From: an uncultured delta proteobacterium
GTDB lineage: Bacteria > Desulfobacterota > Binatia > UBA9968
Assembly (NCBI GenBank): GCA_963745035.1
Contig: CAVUVW010000023.1
Coordinates: 29,915-93,914 of the forward strand
Direction: 5' to 3'
DNA length: 64,000 bases
Shown: positions 33,402 to 44,903 of the stretch, one piece after another
How positions within the stretch are numbered: the first letter of the stretch is position 1
Layout of the letters: each line of letters opens with the position of its first letter
Program-made: the position numbers and the translations under genes
Notes under the pieces: model-generated
Told to the model about the DNA's origin: nothing
Seen by the model: the letters and a program-made list of their open reading frames with translations, nothing else
Databases searched by the model: none

Positions 33402-34131
33402 CTATTTCTCGAGATGGTAGAAAGCTACTTCCAGCGGGCGGATCTGACTCGCGGCTCGCCGTTGTCGATGCGGCGTAGACCCTGTGAATGACCCTTTCTC
33501 TTTCACTTCGGGGCAAGCAGTCCCTGACTGATAACAGTCAGGGTATAATTGAGCCTGGTTTGCACTTGAACTCACTGGGCTCATTCGATGCAGCTCGGTG
33601 AGACGAGTCGCATCTTTAGTGTTCCTAACGAGCACCGCCTGAATCGCAGTTGGCATCTTGAAGGAACCTTTGCATCGCCACTCTCTCTCATGTAACCAAC
33701 TAATCCAGCCATCATCTGTTACTTCGAATCGTACGACGCGCCAGAGTTCGTCCTTTGGAATGCCAAGCTTCTTTGTCTCATCATTAGAAAGGTAGAGAAC
33801 GGGACGGCATCCTCTTCCATATGCATAACGCTTAGTGATGACTAAGCCACAGGGCTCATAACGTGGCTTCTGTGGATCGGCGTTTTCCGGTGTGAGGACG
33901 TATTTTAGGACCTGAAACGGAATGTCCATAAAGCACGTTGCATTGTTGGGACCCTTGATGAACCCTTTCGACGAGTCACTACCAAAAATTTCACCAGTCT
34001 GGAGAATGCTGACACGATTATCAAAAGCTGAATAGCCGTCTGCTGCCTTAGTATTTTTGGTGACGAATCAGGTACGGACTCAAGTCGGGACGGGCATTAA
34101 ACGGCAACTCATCAAATTGTGGTAGTGGCAT
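33402..34131 (-). CDS. AbiGi-like (DUF2743-type) abortive-infection protein, frameshifted; true stop possibly 33503
   Basis: Joined frames give RPDLSPYLI...TCFMDIP...GLVITKRYAYGRGCRPVLY...WLHEREWR; GGAGG RBS before ATG 34131. Confidence 0.6.
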
Positions 34132-34157
34132 TTGCCTCCAACGGCTAATGCTTCGAC

Positions 34158-35003
34158 TCAACGGTAGTTGATGGTCAGTGACACTCCGCTATTCAATTCT
34201 TGTTGTATGATTTCCAGGTCTTTCAGAAAATCGTACAATTTAGATTGAATACCCAACTTGAAGAATTCATCGATAGCCATCCAACTCCTGGTGGCGACAT
34301 CTACTCCTATTGCCAAGCAGGTCGGTACATCCTCTTCTCTCGGTCCCCATTCCATGTTTTGGATTTCATCTTCAACGCCGGTAGAAACGTATTGTTTAAG
34401 CGACCGTACCTGCGAATGCACGTCCTGAGACAAAATCCGATAAACTGAATCGTAATAGGCTCCTAGTCCTATGCTCTGCGCAATGGACTCAATCTTAAGC
34501 GGCTTAATATTTTCGGACTTCTTTTGTTTCTCCAGCTCTTGTATCTTGTCATGAGTTGCAATGTTTTGAATGTCGGTAAACAGTGGTCCGTGATACTTGT
34601 GTGACGTTTTCATAATATTCAGCCGGTTGATAATGTCGGCATTGATATACTGAGTGACAATTGAAGGGTCGGTTACTAGTTTCGCGAGTAGAAAAAAACT
34701 TTCAAGAGTCGAACGTAAAATGATTCGGCTCTGTTGGGTAAGCCCGTAGGTGCAAAGCACATAGACGGATTGAAGATCGTTTAAAATTTTAGTCAGAAGA
34801 CTAATCGATAGAACCTGTTGTCCGTTATCAGGATCGATCGCAAGGTCAAACTTCTTACCCTGAGCGTATAGATTGAGTTGTCTTACAAGATCGAAAAGCT
34901 TGATGTATTTTTCAAGAACTGATTGTTGGAAATTTTGAATCTCTTCGCCGAGAAATCCTTTTTCGTTGAAGTCGTTATTCGATAGGCTGCGTGAGGCACA
35001 CAT
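34158..35003 (-). CDS. DUF5677-like (HEPN-related) protein; start uncertain
   Basis: ILRSTLE and YRILSQDVHS motifs; very low GC. Confidence 0.6.
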   Translation of the reverse strand: MCASRSLSNNDFNEKGFLGEEIQNFQQSVLEKYIKLFDLVRQLNLYAQGKKFDLAIDPDNGQQVLSISLLTKILNDLQSVYVLCTYGLTQQSRIILRSTLESFFLLAKLVTDPSIVTQYINADIINRLNIMKTSHKYHGPLFTDIQNIATHDKIQELEKQKKSENIKPLKIESIAQSIGLGAYYDSVYRILSQDVHSQVRSLKQYVSTGVEDEIQNMEWGPREEDVPTCLAIGVDVATRSWMAIDEFFKLGIQSKLYDFLKDLEIIQQELNSGVSLTINYR

Positions 35004-35091
35004 CGATTTTTTCGGGGATATGGAGTGGGCATCGGTATGCTGCGCAACGAGTCTCAGACGAACCGATACTTGCCGTAGTAAAGTGTCGGCG

Positions 35092-36450
35092 TTATTTACC
35101 TCCTTTAAGCTGAAACGGTTCAACGAACTCCATTACTACCGACATTTTTCCCTCGCCCTCTTTCATAGGCGTCGACTCTATAACATTTGCAGTTCCAGCA
35201 TTGCCATCGACTCTGATCTTGTAAGAAAATGAGTTTTTAGTTTTTCCAGTTCCATCCCGATAGCTCACCCCCACCTCCGGATACTTTGCACGTTGCCCGG
35301 CAGTATTCACCACGAGCTTACCGTGGAAGACGCCCTCTGGAAATATCTTCTGAGCGTTAATCTCAAGCACATTTGTCCGATAAATAACCAGCTGGTTTAC
35401 CTGGCGTTGATTTCCAACCTTGACAGTGTTGCTATCGGTTCCCGCAAACGCTAAACCTTCGCATCCTTGCTGATGATGTAAGCGCGAGGAAACTATCGGC
35501 CATGGAAGCTGATATCGCAATCGGAGATCGACAATGTTCTCAGTTTTACTCGGATTTCGTACTGAGAACTGGTACTCATGGTAATCTTCCTTCCACTCTA
35601 CGCCCTCTACAATTAGCCCCTCTTTATAGTTGTAGTGCGTTTTCCAAAGGTCATACTGCGGCCCGGGAGCATCTTCAGCCAGCAAACTGCTTTCTCGAAT
35701 ACGAGCTGCGGTCCAACTATAAACAAACGCGTCTATACTATCAGGCTTGACCATATCGAAGTGATTCTCCTCGATCCCCACTGCGTTCTGATCACAACTT
35801 GTTGCAGCATAGATTCGATTGACGATTATCCTTCCGAAGGTGGGCTTTGTCTCATAAGCGCAGAAGGATCGAGGAAACTGCTCAGCGCCACGATCGCGCA
35901 TTAAGTTCTGCCATTGGTTTTTGAGGCTTTGAAGGAAACTATTGAGATCAGCAGGCCGCATATCTTGAAGCTGTGGGTTTATGCTCAACCACGAACCAAG
36001 TTCAGCCATGTTGGCCCCCTGAGCCGGTGTAGAGATGTATAAAACCGCCTTCACCTGCCGAAGGGTTGCGACCTCTTTTGGACGGTTCAAGTCGACCAAC
36101 ATTCGTTTTACAAGAAGCCCCCCCATACTGTGTGCTATGAAATAAATCTCTCGGTATTTCTCAAATATACCCTTATCTTTTAAGTCTCTAAGCAAACGGG
36201 TTGCTAACTCTTCGATTGTTGAGGTTCGGGTGAGGAGCGGCGTATGATATCCTAACGACGCAACTGTAAAAGCTCGAAACCCAGCGTCACCGTTCATTAG
36301 ATCCATCCACGACTTGGCGGCCGGATTTGACCAGGTGCCGAAGGAATCGCCCTGAAAACCATGGACGAATATAACAAGCTTCTGTGTTGGTTCTGGCCTG
36401 GGCCAAAAGGATAAGCCCGATTTTGGAAAAAGGCTGAGATCTCTCCTCAT
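35092..36450 (-). CDS. Alpha/beta hydrolase (DUF676/SERAC1-like) fused to an unknown C-terminal domain
   Basis: VIFVHG, AHSMGGL, STPAQG, CAYETKP, ENHFDMVKP; ATG overlaps upstream TGA. Confidence 0.7.
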   Translation of the reverse strand: MRRDLSLFPKSGLSFWPRPEPTQKLVIFVHGFQGDSFGTWSNPAAKSWMDLMNGDAGFRAFTVASLGYHTPLLTRTSTIEELATRLLRDLKDKGIFEKYREIYFIAHSMGGLLVKRMLVDLNRPKEVATLRQVKAVLYISTPAQGANMAELGSWLSINPQLQDMRPADLNSFLQSLKNQWQNLMRDRGAEQFPRSFCAYETKPTFGRIIVNRIYAATSCDQNAVGIEENHFDMVKPDSIDAFVYSWTAARIRESSLLAEDAPGPQYDLWKTHYNYKEGLIVEGVEWKEDYHEYQFSVRNPSKTENIVDLRLRYQLPWPIVSSRLHHQQGCEGLAFAGTDSNTVKVGNQRQVNQLVIYRTNVLEINAQKIFPEGVFHGKLVVNTAGQRAKYPEVGVSYRDGTGKTKNSFSYKIRVDGNAGTANVIESTPMKEGEGKMSVVMEFVEPFQLKGGK

Positions 36451-37620
36451 CGCCGCACATACTTCGCCTTCAGAAAGCCGTCCCATACAGGTAGTGCCGG
36501 CTTGGGCCTTCCATTGCTTGTCTGCATCCCGGTAAATGCCCAAATCCGCGCAAGATCGTCCATCGGCGGCCGCAAACGAGCAACGAGGCGATCGGAATCG
36601 GTGCCGGCAAAGTTGATGACGAATTCATATTTGTCGCGTGCCGCCGTTTTCAGCAGCAACTCAGTAAAGTTCTTTTGTTCGGCTTCCGAACCTATAAGAC
36701 TGATGCCGTAAGTTTTCAGCGGCACATCGCGCGACGTCATGCCGCTCTCGGAGACGGCGATCGGTTTTTTGAACCGGGTTGCAAAATCCAGAAAATTCCG
36801 CCGGGACGGGGCGCGGCGTCTCCAGGCTCATATAAGGATAGAGGCTCATGGCAAAGAGGTCGCTGTAGCGCATCAGTTCCGCGACCTCCTTCTCCTGCTC
36901 TGACTGCTTGGCGTCCCGCGCCAAGCGCTTGTAGTGGAGAACCTCAGTGGTAAAAAACACCGGCAACTTGGGATGGGCTTTCTTCACCGCCGTGTACGTC
37001 TCGCGGTGCAATTCCTTAAGCTGGCGCCATTTAGCGATATCGCGCGAGAGCAATACGTTGGACTCAACGCCGATGGCCAAATAGTCGGGCCGCATGGTTT
37101 TCACAGAATGCAAGACGAAATTCAAAAAAGACTTCTTTACGCGAGGGCTATTGAGCGCTTCTTTGTCCCACGGATCCGGTAACGGCTGGTTGTCCTTTTC
37201 TCCCCAATACGGCGCCAGGCCTTTGCGATCTTTGTCGAGCGGCGAGATCGACAGAAAAAGCTTTTTTTCGGCGGCGGGCCTATCAGCGAGAGCGTCCTGG
37301 ACATCTTTAGAAAACGGTTTACCCTCAAGCGCTTGAGGCCAAGGGATTCCGCCTATGAACATGACTGAGATGATGTCGCCATGGGCATCGGCAAACTTTT
37401 TCGCAGTCGCCACTCCTTCGGGAGTTAGATCTGCAGGCCACGGCGTAAAGCCCATGGCGAAAGGACGGCTGGCGGGGCCCTCGTACTGAGGAAGCGGCGC
37501 CGCAGGAAGACTCCCGGACTCAGCTTGCCCAGGCACACGGTCGTTGGCCGCAGGCGCACAACCCGTGACGAAACTTCCAAGGGCAAACGCCCATAGCACA
37601 TGGCGAAAATAAACTTTCAT
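36447..37620 (-). CDS. Lipoprotein with TIM-barrel glycoside-hydrolase-like domain (frameshift ~36795)
   Basis: Lipobox VTGC; YLAIGVESN, SLYPY, KPIAVSESG, KPALPVW. Confidence 0.6.
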
Positions 37621-37777
37621 AGCACCAATATGAGTCGTTGGACGAAGAGGGTCAAGCTCAGAATTGTCTCGCCGCCCGCTTGACTTAGGGCAAAAAGTCC
37701 GGAAAATAACTCAAATCACTTAGGTCTGAGCAGTCCTCGGGTCACTCTTCGCCAGCAGAGGCCGCGCAAAGAACACT

Positions 37778-38704
37778 TTGATAGCATCCCGCAGAGCATT
37801 TCGATTCTTCATTTCCGCCACGACGGTTATCTCACTCTCTGTCCTCGCCGGCTGTTCATCGCGAACGGCGCCGCCTGAGGCGCGCTATGCACCGGCGGGA
37901 GACCTGCTCGATATCATCAAAGACTTCCAGCGTCTGGCCAAAGAGGACACTTATCGTTTTGTCATACCGAAAGACGTTACCGGCGTAAACATCATGAAGG
38001 CAACATTGGTCCGTCTCGACGATTATGAAAAGAAGAACGGGGGCAAGTTTACCGATATCATTCAATTTAACAAGGCGCTGGCGTTGGAACGGCTGCGAGA
38101 CTATGAGCAGGCGACGGTTTTCTACCGTAGGGTGGCGGAAACCGGCGGACGCCTAGGCTCGGAAGCAACCAAGAACCTCGAGGCGCTGGAGACATTTCTA
38201 ACGGTTCTAGACAAGCCTCTGTCCGCGGAAGATCCTTTTCAGTACATCAAAGGCCTCGACGAAAAAGTCGCCGCTTGGAATCACCTGATTCAAAAACATC
38301 AAGGCACCACTTATGAATTTCTCGCGCGCTGCGAAGAAGAACGCATCGATCGCGCCAAAGTGGCCTTTGTCGAAGCCAATCGCTATCGCCTGAAGGACGG
38401 CAATCAACTGGTGATCCTAGGCTACAGCCAATTGATTACCAAACATCGACAAAGCAAGAACATCCATCGCTTCGTCATTGACTTTGGCGACTTCTACGCA
38501 TTGCTTGCAAAAGAATACGCCGCCCAGTACGATCCTGAGGGTTTAAGCTTTGAAGTCAAAGCATTTGATCAATTTGCTAAATCGGCACTTAAACTCTACA
38601 CCGAAGTCGTTCAGATCGATGGAATCGTCGAGAAGATCGAAGCCCAGGGCAAGGTTGAGGCGATGCGCGGTCTGATCGAAAAAATCATGAGGCTAAGCCG
38701 ATGA
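37778..38704 (+). CDS. Uncharacterised helical/TPR-like lipoprotein
   Basis: Lipobox LAGC; intact 308-aa ORF; ATGA overlap with next gene. Confidence 0.65.
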   Translation: MIASRRAFRFFISATTVISLSVLAGCSSRTAPPEARYAPAGDLLDIIKDFQRLAKEDTYRFVIPKDVTGVNIMKATLVRLDDYEKKNGGKFTDIIQFNKALALERLRDYEQATVFYRRVAETGGRLGSEATKNLEALETFLTVLDKPLSAEDPFQYIKGLDEKVAAWNHLIQKHQGTTYEFLARCEEERIDRAKVAFVEANRYRLKDGNQLVILGYSQLITKHRQSKNIHRFVIDFGDFYALLAKEYAAQYDPEGLSFEVKAFDQFAKSALKLYTEVVQIDGIVEKIEAQGKVEAMRGLIEKIMRLSR

Positions 38705-41216
38705 GAAAACTATTCATGTTCGCTCTATCGCTCTCGTTAGCGCTTGGCGTCATTAGCACTTCCACCGACCCTGCTCATGGACAAGAGCGGGAGGTGATCA
38801 TCGAACGCATTTTAAATCCCCTCCCCGATTTCGATCCGTTCGAGAAACCACCCGCACCTCCTCAATTTTTTCCCGACGCCGTGGACAAACGAGCCCGTGA
38901 ACTGCTGATTGACGCCGTTACCAATCGAAAAGAAGCTATTGAAGAGCATGTGAAATTTTTAACGGTGGAGGATAGCCGCTTACAGAAACAACACGGATCG
39001 AGCACCGGGTTGACCGAGCACGCCCAAGATCTTCTGAACAATACGATCCCAGATCGCGAGCGCTATCTCGCAGCGCAGCGGCAGGCTCTAAAGAAGAGCT
39101 CGGCGCCACAACGCAAAAAGTATCTCCAAGCAATCATCGATGACGATGATCTGGCGCAAGCCGATCAACTGACGCGCCAAGGCTCGGTCAATCAATGGGG
39201 CGGTGCCTTCAATCGCTTGTTGAGCTCGGTGGATCTGGTCGGCGTCGCTTCGGGAAACTACATTGGCGCCGCGGCAGAAACCGCTATCGCACAGGTTTAC
39301 TCGCTCCTCAGCAGTGAAATGTCGGTCGAAGAGCGGCGCGCTTTGGCTCGGCACATCGATCACCTCAAGCGCTATCCCAACGATCCACGCAACAACAAGA
39401 TCATGAAAGAGATCGAAGATCTCGAGAAGAAAAAGACCGCCGCGCTGGTCCGTAAACAACTCGATCACTCGAAGCAGGCTAGGCAAAGGGGAGATAAGGA
39501 CAAGGCGCTTTTTTATGCCGAGATCGCGTCCTATTTAGATCCTCAATCCAAGATAGCTCAAGCCGAGCTGCAAAAGCTATCCAAGTCTTACCTGGAACAA
39601 CTCGAGCAACAGAATAAAGGGCTTTCAGCCCAAGCCGAGAAATCATCTTCAACGGAGCAGCAGAAGGATGTCGAGCAACTGCTGCACTGCGCTCAGCTTG
39701 AGAGATCAACAACAAATCGTCCAGCAAGCTGCCATCCTCGAGAAAAAGTATGCCGGCAAACCGTTGGCCGATGCCGCGCGTGACGTCTCGTCGGTAGCTC
39801 TGGAGATGCAAGGCCGCCATGAACAGGCAAAGAAGATCGTCGAACACCTCGCCCGTTCGGCAAAAACTCCGGAAGTGCAAAAACGCGCCGCGGCGCTTTT
39901 GAAAAGCCCGGAATACAATCTTCTCGCCACCTTGCAGGACGCACGCAGCGAACGCCGGGCCGAGTCAGTGAAATATGTGCTGCTGGGTGAAGACCTGCTG
40001 AAGAAGAACCTGCTTTATGCCGCCGGTGCGGTGGCCGCCGCCGGTCCGGCTGGGGCGGTTACCCTCGGCGCGGCCAATGCGATGATGCTCGGCAACAATT
40101 TGATCAACGTGTTGACCAACAACCCGGTCTCAGGCCAATCGGTGATCGATGCCGGGGTCGCTTACGTGCGCACATCACCCGACCTCAGGCAGCGCCACCG
40201 ATGTCTATAAAATTCTCGCCGAGGCTTACGAAGAAAAGGGCCTGATCGAGAAAGCGATCGACTACCATGAGCTTGCCGGAACGCCTACGGAAAAGCTTTC
40301 ATCGTTAAAGGAGAAAGCTGCAAAGGCGCTGCTCAACGCGGCAAGCAAGAGCAAAGGGAGAGGGAGCCAGGAATATTATCTCACAACCGTAATCGATCAG
40401 TATCCCGAAAGCCCGGCAGCGGCAGAGGCCACCAAGAAACTCGCCGAACTGGCAAAGACCGACAGCCATGGTTTGCGTATGAGCAAAGAATTTCTTAAGG
40501 AAAATCCGGAGCTCTTCGGCGCCAGCGGGCTCGGGCTTAAAGCCTCGCTGTTCGACGGCAATCCGCGAAACATGGAACTGGCTGATCGCGGCATCAATGT
40601 CACCGACGACAACCAGCTGTTGATTTATTATCAGACACCTTCCGGCGTGCGCAGTCAGAGCTACCCGCTGTCAAGAAAAACGTCGGACCGCTTTTTTGTC
40701 GCGCTGCGACAAAAGAATCACGCGATCGCGTCCGCCGATGCCGGCCAGCGCGCTAAAGGCAGCGTCGGCGGTATCAAAAATCTGCCGATGCCGATTATCC
40801 AAGGGGCGGGCCCGAACATCGGCGATCCAGATCAGGAACGTGACGACACGACGTTTTCCTTCGTGCGCGAGGCGGGTGCCCATGCGCCTGCGTTCCCGAA
40901 GGTATTGGATCATGACATGCTCAGTGAGAATGAGCGCGATCCCGCCGGTAAGTACTCGCTGCCGCCGATTCAAGGAAGTGTTTCCGCCAGCCGCTTCAGC
41001 ATGAGCGGCGCTTTGCCCGCGGGATTATGGGGCAATCAGATCGGCATCGGCAGCGACCATAAGGGTTCCTTTGCCGGCGTTCAACTGCCGATACCTTTGC
41101 TGCAGGATTTCATCCCGGTGGATTTCATGGTGCAAGGCAGGCCCGGCGGCGTCTCCGTTTATCCTAAAATCCACATGCGCGACGACAACGGCGAAGATCG
41201 AGAGCTTTATAAATAG
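38701..41216 (+). CDS. Large secreted TPR-like hypothetical protein (two frameshifts)
   Basis: Signal peptide; LAEAYEEKG..EKAI and VIDQYPESPAA motifs; three abutting ORFs. Confidence 0.6.
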
Positions 41217-41219
41217 ATG

Positions 41220-41427
41220 GCAGGTGGTTGAAAACCCTGTCGAGTCCTTCGACGCCTCCGAGCCCGCCTGAGTTCATCGAAGGGACGAACGGAGAGCGGA
41301 TAAAATGATCGAACAAATTCGTCATGCTGATCCCTCGACAAGCTCGGACTAAAGGCGCAGTCTAGGCAGCCTGTCATGAGCGAAGTCGAACGATCGAAGC
41401 ATACTCCACCTCTTTTTAGCAACCTGC
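41220..41427. repeat. Composite MITE/REP-like element
   Basis: gcaggtggttgaaaa ... ttttagcaacctgc ends; internal ttcgac..ctc / gag..gtcgaa palindromes. Confidence 0.55.
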
Positions 41428-41439
41428 TGGAGCAAGATC

Positions 41440-42213
41440 TTGGCTAAAAAAGAAATCCTCCGCGGATCTCTGTCCATATTCATCGGCCTGGTGATTTGGG
41501 AAGCTTTGACTCGCCTGTTGCTGGAAAATGAGCTACTCATTCCGCCGCCAAGCAGCGTGCTTCGGTCGTTTTGGACTCTCGCCAGCACCGGCAAGCTCAA
41601 TCAACATTTTGCCGCCACCTTGATCGAGTTTATCTGCGGCTTTACCACCGCCTGCGTCATCGGCATCATCATTGGTTACTTGATGGGAATGTATAAATGG
41701 TTCGATGAAATCATGGACCCATGGATCGCCACGCTCTACTCAATCCCGATCATTACCGTCGTCCCGCTGATCATCATCTGGTTCGGCATCGGCATTTTTT
41801 CCAAAGTAGTGGTGGTTTTTAAAATTACCGCGGTGGCAATTATTTTGAATACTGCGGCGGGAATTAAGGCCTTGGATCCGGTCTGGCTCGAGCTCGCGAA
41901 ATCGCTTCGGCTGAGCGACTGGGAAACCAGTTATAAAATTCGCTTACCCGGCGCCCTTCCTTTCATTATCACCGGCATGAGACTTGGCGTCGGCCGAGCG
42001 CTCTTGGGAGTGGTCGTCGCCGAGCTCATGGCGGCCAATGCCGGGCTGGGGTATCTGTTGCGCGACTCTTCGGAAACGTGGGACAGCCCGAAACTGTTTG
42101 TCACGGTCATTTTGCTCGCGGTCATGGGGCTGGTGAGCTTTAATTTGATCAAGAAGCTAGAGCAAAGGATGGCGCCGTGGCGCCAAAGCGCCGAGTGGTC
42201 TTCAGATGGATGA
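41440..42213 (+). CDS. NitT/TauT ABC permease
   Basis: PPPS, LYSIP, LPGALPFIITGMRLG, VVAEL. Confidence 0.9.
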   Translation: MAKKEILRGSLSIFIGLVIWEALTRLLLENELLIPPPSSVLRSFWTLASTGKLNQHFAATLIEFICGFTTACVIGIIIGYLMGMYKWFDEIMDPWIATLYSIPIITVVPLIIIWFGIGIFSKVVVVFKITAVAIILNTAAGIKALDPVWLELAKSLRLSDWETSYKIRLPGALPFIITGMRLGVGRALLGVVVAELMAANAGLGYLLRDSSETWDSPKLFVTVILLAVMGLVSFNLIKKLEQRMAPWRQSAEWSSDG

Positions 42214-42234
42214 TAAGCCCGTCCCCCTAAGCGG

Positions 42235-43017
42235 ATGAACGAGCGCAACCGCAAATCGATTTCGACTCTCCTGAAAGTCGGTTCCATCGCTGGCGGCCTT
42301 CTCCTGTGGCATTTTCTCGCGACGGTGATCGTCAACGACACCACCTTATTGGTTTCACCTCTGGTCGTGGTTGGCAGCGCCTACGACATGCTTTTCGTCA
42401 GCAAAGATTTATGGCCTCATTTATTTGCCAGCTCTTGGATTTTTTTTTACGGCTTTGTCTTGGCGATTGTCGCCGGCGTGCCTTTCGGTTTCGTGATGGC
42501 GCTCAACAAAGTGGTGCGCGATTACGTCAATCCCTGGATGGCGACGCTTTACACAACTCCACGCATCGCCTTTGCTCCGATACTGCTACTTTGGCTCGGG
42601 ATCGGCGCCGGCTCTAAGATCGCCATCGTCTTTCTCGGCTGCGTCTTCCCGATCCTGATCAACTCCTACTACGGCATGCGTGTGGTCAATCGTGAGTATG
42701 TCGAGCTGGCGCGTTCCTTCCGACTGAGCAGCTCGGCGTTGTTTTTCAAGATCCTTTTACCGGCGTCGATTCCTTTTATCCTTGCCGGCATTCGCTTGGC
42801 GATTGGTCGCGGCCTGACGGGCGTGGCGATTGCCGAATGGTTTGGCGCAACTGAGGGGTTGGGTTATCTGGTCTACTTCGCCGGGCAAACGTTAAATATT
42901 CCCGTTCTTTTCGTCGGTGTAGCGGTGTTTGCAGCACTCGGCATACTGGGCTTCGAAGCGATCCGGGTCATCGAAATGTATGCGACGCCATGGAGAAAGG
43001 AACCCCAAGGAAGCTAA
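42235..43017 (+). CDS. NitT/TauT ABC permease
   Basis: LYTTPRIA, LPASIPFILAGIRL, AEWFG..GLG. Confidence 0.9.
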   Translation: MNERNRKSISTLLKVGSIAGGLLLWHFLATVIVNDTTLLVSPLVVVGSAYDMLFVSKDLWPHLFASSWIFFYGFVLAIVAGVPFGFVMALNKVVRDYVNPWMATLYTTPRIAFAPILLLWLGIGAGSKIAIVFLGCVFPILINSYYGMRVVNREYVELARSFRLSSSALFFKILLPASIPFILAGIRLAIGRGLTGVAIAEWFGATEGLGYLVYFAGQTLNIPVLFVGVAVFAALGILGFEAIRVIEMYATPWRKEPQGS

Positions 43018-43019
43018 GC

Positions 43020-43820
43020 ATGGCCGGACCCGTACTCGTATTGCGCAACTTGAGCAAGGCGATCACTAGACCGGATCGGGACCCTTTCGTCATCTTCAGC
43101 GACATCAACTTAAGCGTCAGTGACGGGGAATTTGTCAGTATCGTCGGCCCGAGCGGCTGCGGTAAAACGACGCTGCTACGTGTCATCAATGGCTTGATGC
43201 CTCATACGACCGGAGAAATTCTTATCGACGGCAAGCTCGCGCAGGAAGTCGATAGCGAACTGCTGATGGGATTTGTTTTTCAAGGCGCGTCTCTCCTGCC
43301 CTGGCGGACCAGTCTGAAGAATGTTCTCTTAGGTCTGGAGGGTGGCAATCATCAGGCAAAGGCAGCTGAGCAGACGGCGCGCAGGTTTCTCGAGCTGGTG
43401 GGCCTCTCCGGGTTCGAAAATCATTATCCTCATGAGCTCTCCGGCGGCATGCAGCAGCGCGTCAATCTCGCCAGAGCGCTGGCCGTAAACCCCCGAATTT
43501 TGCTGATGGACGAGCCCTTTGCCGCTCTCGACGCGCAGACCCGCAATTTCATGCAGCTGGAACTGCTGCGCATCTGGCGAGAGACCAAGAAAACCGTCAT
43601 CTTTGTGACTCATATGATTGCGGAAGCGATCCTGCTTTCAGACCGGGTGGTGGTTTTCAGTCACCGCCCAGGATCGATCCGTTCTGAATTTCAGGTGCCT
43701 CTGCCGCGTCCAAGAGCCATGGAGATGAAATCAGACCCCCGTTTTTTGGAATTGGAAAATATCGTTTGGAAACAAATCGAACACGAAGTCAATGCATCCG
43801 GCGGCTTCGCTCAAATGTGA
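43020..43820 (+). CDS. NitT/TauT ABC ATP-binding protein
   Basis: GPSGCGKT, LSGGMQQR, LLMDEPF, VTH. Confidence 0.93.
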   Translation: MAGPVLVLRNLSKAITRPDRDPFVIFSDINLSVSDGEFVSIVGPSGCGKTTLLRVINGLMPHTTGEILIDGKLAQEVDSELLMGFVFQGASLLPWRTSLKNVLLGLEGGNHQAKAAEQTARRFLELVGLSGFENHYPHELSGGMQQRVNLARALAVNPRILLMDEPFAALDAQTRNFMQLELLRIWRETKKTVIFVTHMIAEAILLSDRVVVFSHRPGSIRSEFQVPLPRPRAMEMKSDPRFLELENIVWKQIEHEVNASGGFAQM

Positions 43821-43842
43821 ACACAGCAGAAAGGAGGATTCC

Positions 43843-44871
43843 ATGCAAAAGTCTAGCATTGTGGATTTACGTTACTGTGAGCTAATGTGTCGGAGCTTAT
43901 GCCGGCTCCATCACTTTCGCCGCCGATGCCGGGTTGCTGCAAGCTGCGCTTCGCTCAGAGCGGCAACACCTCGTCGAGCTGGCCGCTCTATGTCGCTGAA
44001 CAAAAAAAGATCTTCGAAAAAAACGGATTGCAGGTTCGAAAACATCATTATTCAGTGGCGCAACCAATACTACCCGCGCCGTTTTCAGCGAAACCATTCC
44101 CATCGGCCGAATCAATCCCGATTACGTCATCGGCGCCATCGAGAAGGGCGCCAAAGTAAAAATCGTTGCCGCCAATATGGAAAAAATCCCCTACGATATC
44201 TATTGCCCGGCAGGAGATAAAGAGCGGCGCCGGATCTCAAAGGCAAAACAATCGGCGTCAGCACTCTCACCGGCGGCACCACGTTGATGGTTCATGAGGT
44301 TTTGGAAAAAGCCTATAAACTCAAAGAAACGATTACAAACTGCTGGTGGTCGGCACCTCGCCGCAGCGCTACGCCGCTCTCAAAGGCGGTTCGGTGCAGG
44401 CAACCTTCATGGGACCGCCATACAATTTCCGGGCCACCAAAGATGACTTTCGCAAACTCGCCAATTTTCACGAGCATCTCTGGGCCGATTCTGTTTACCG
44501 CCGATTTCGCCCATATGAATTATTTGAAAACAAACCGCACGGAAGTCGTGCGTTATATAAAGTCGATGATCGAAGGCACCCGCTGGCTCTACGATCCGAA
44601 GAACAAGGAAGAAGCTCTCGCGATTAACATGAAGGTTCTGAAAAGCACGCGAGAATCGCCGAGGAAGATTACAAATATCTCGTTCAGGAGTTCCAACCCT
44701 TTCCCCAAGGACGGCACGGTAAGCAAAGCCGTCCTTCGACAAAACCATGGATCTGCGGGTTAAAGAAGGCATCTATCCAAACAAGAAGGCGCCGCCGGTC
44801 ACACGACTACGTCGACAACTCGCTGGTCGAGGAGGCGCTTAAGATGGCAGCGGGAAAAAAAATCACACTAA
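43843..44871 (+). CDS. NitT/TauT substrate-binding protein (many frameshifts; end approximate)
   Basis: WPLYVAEQKKIFEKNGL, DLKGKTIGVS, RYAALKGG. Confidence 0.65.
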
Positions 44872-44903
44872 GATGATTCGAATTAGATTAAAGGTCATCA
44901 CGT

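Noticed and set aside
35015-35097. Hairpin after the hydrolase stop (AAATAAC on minus strand) as a possible attC
   Set aside because: No properly placed GTTRRRY and no complementary cassette cores in this islet
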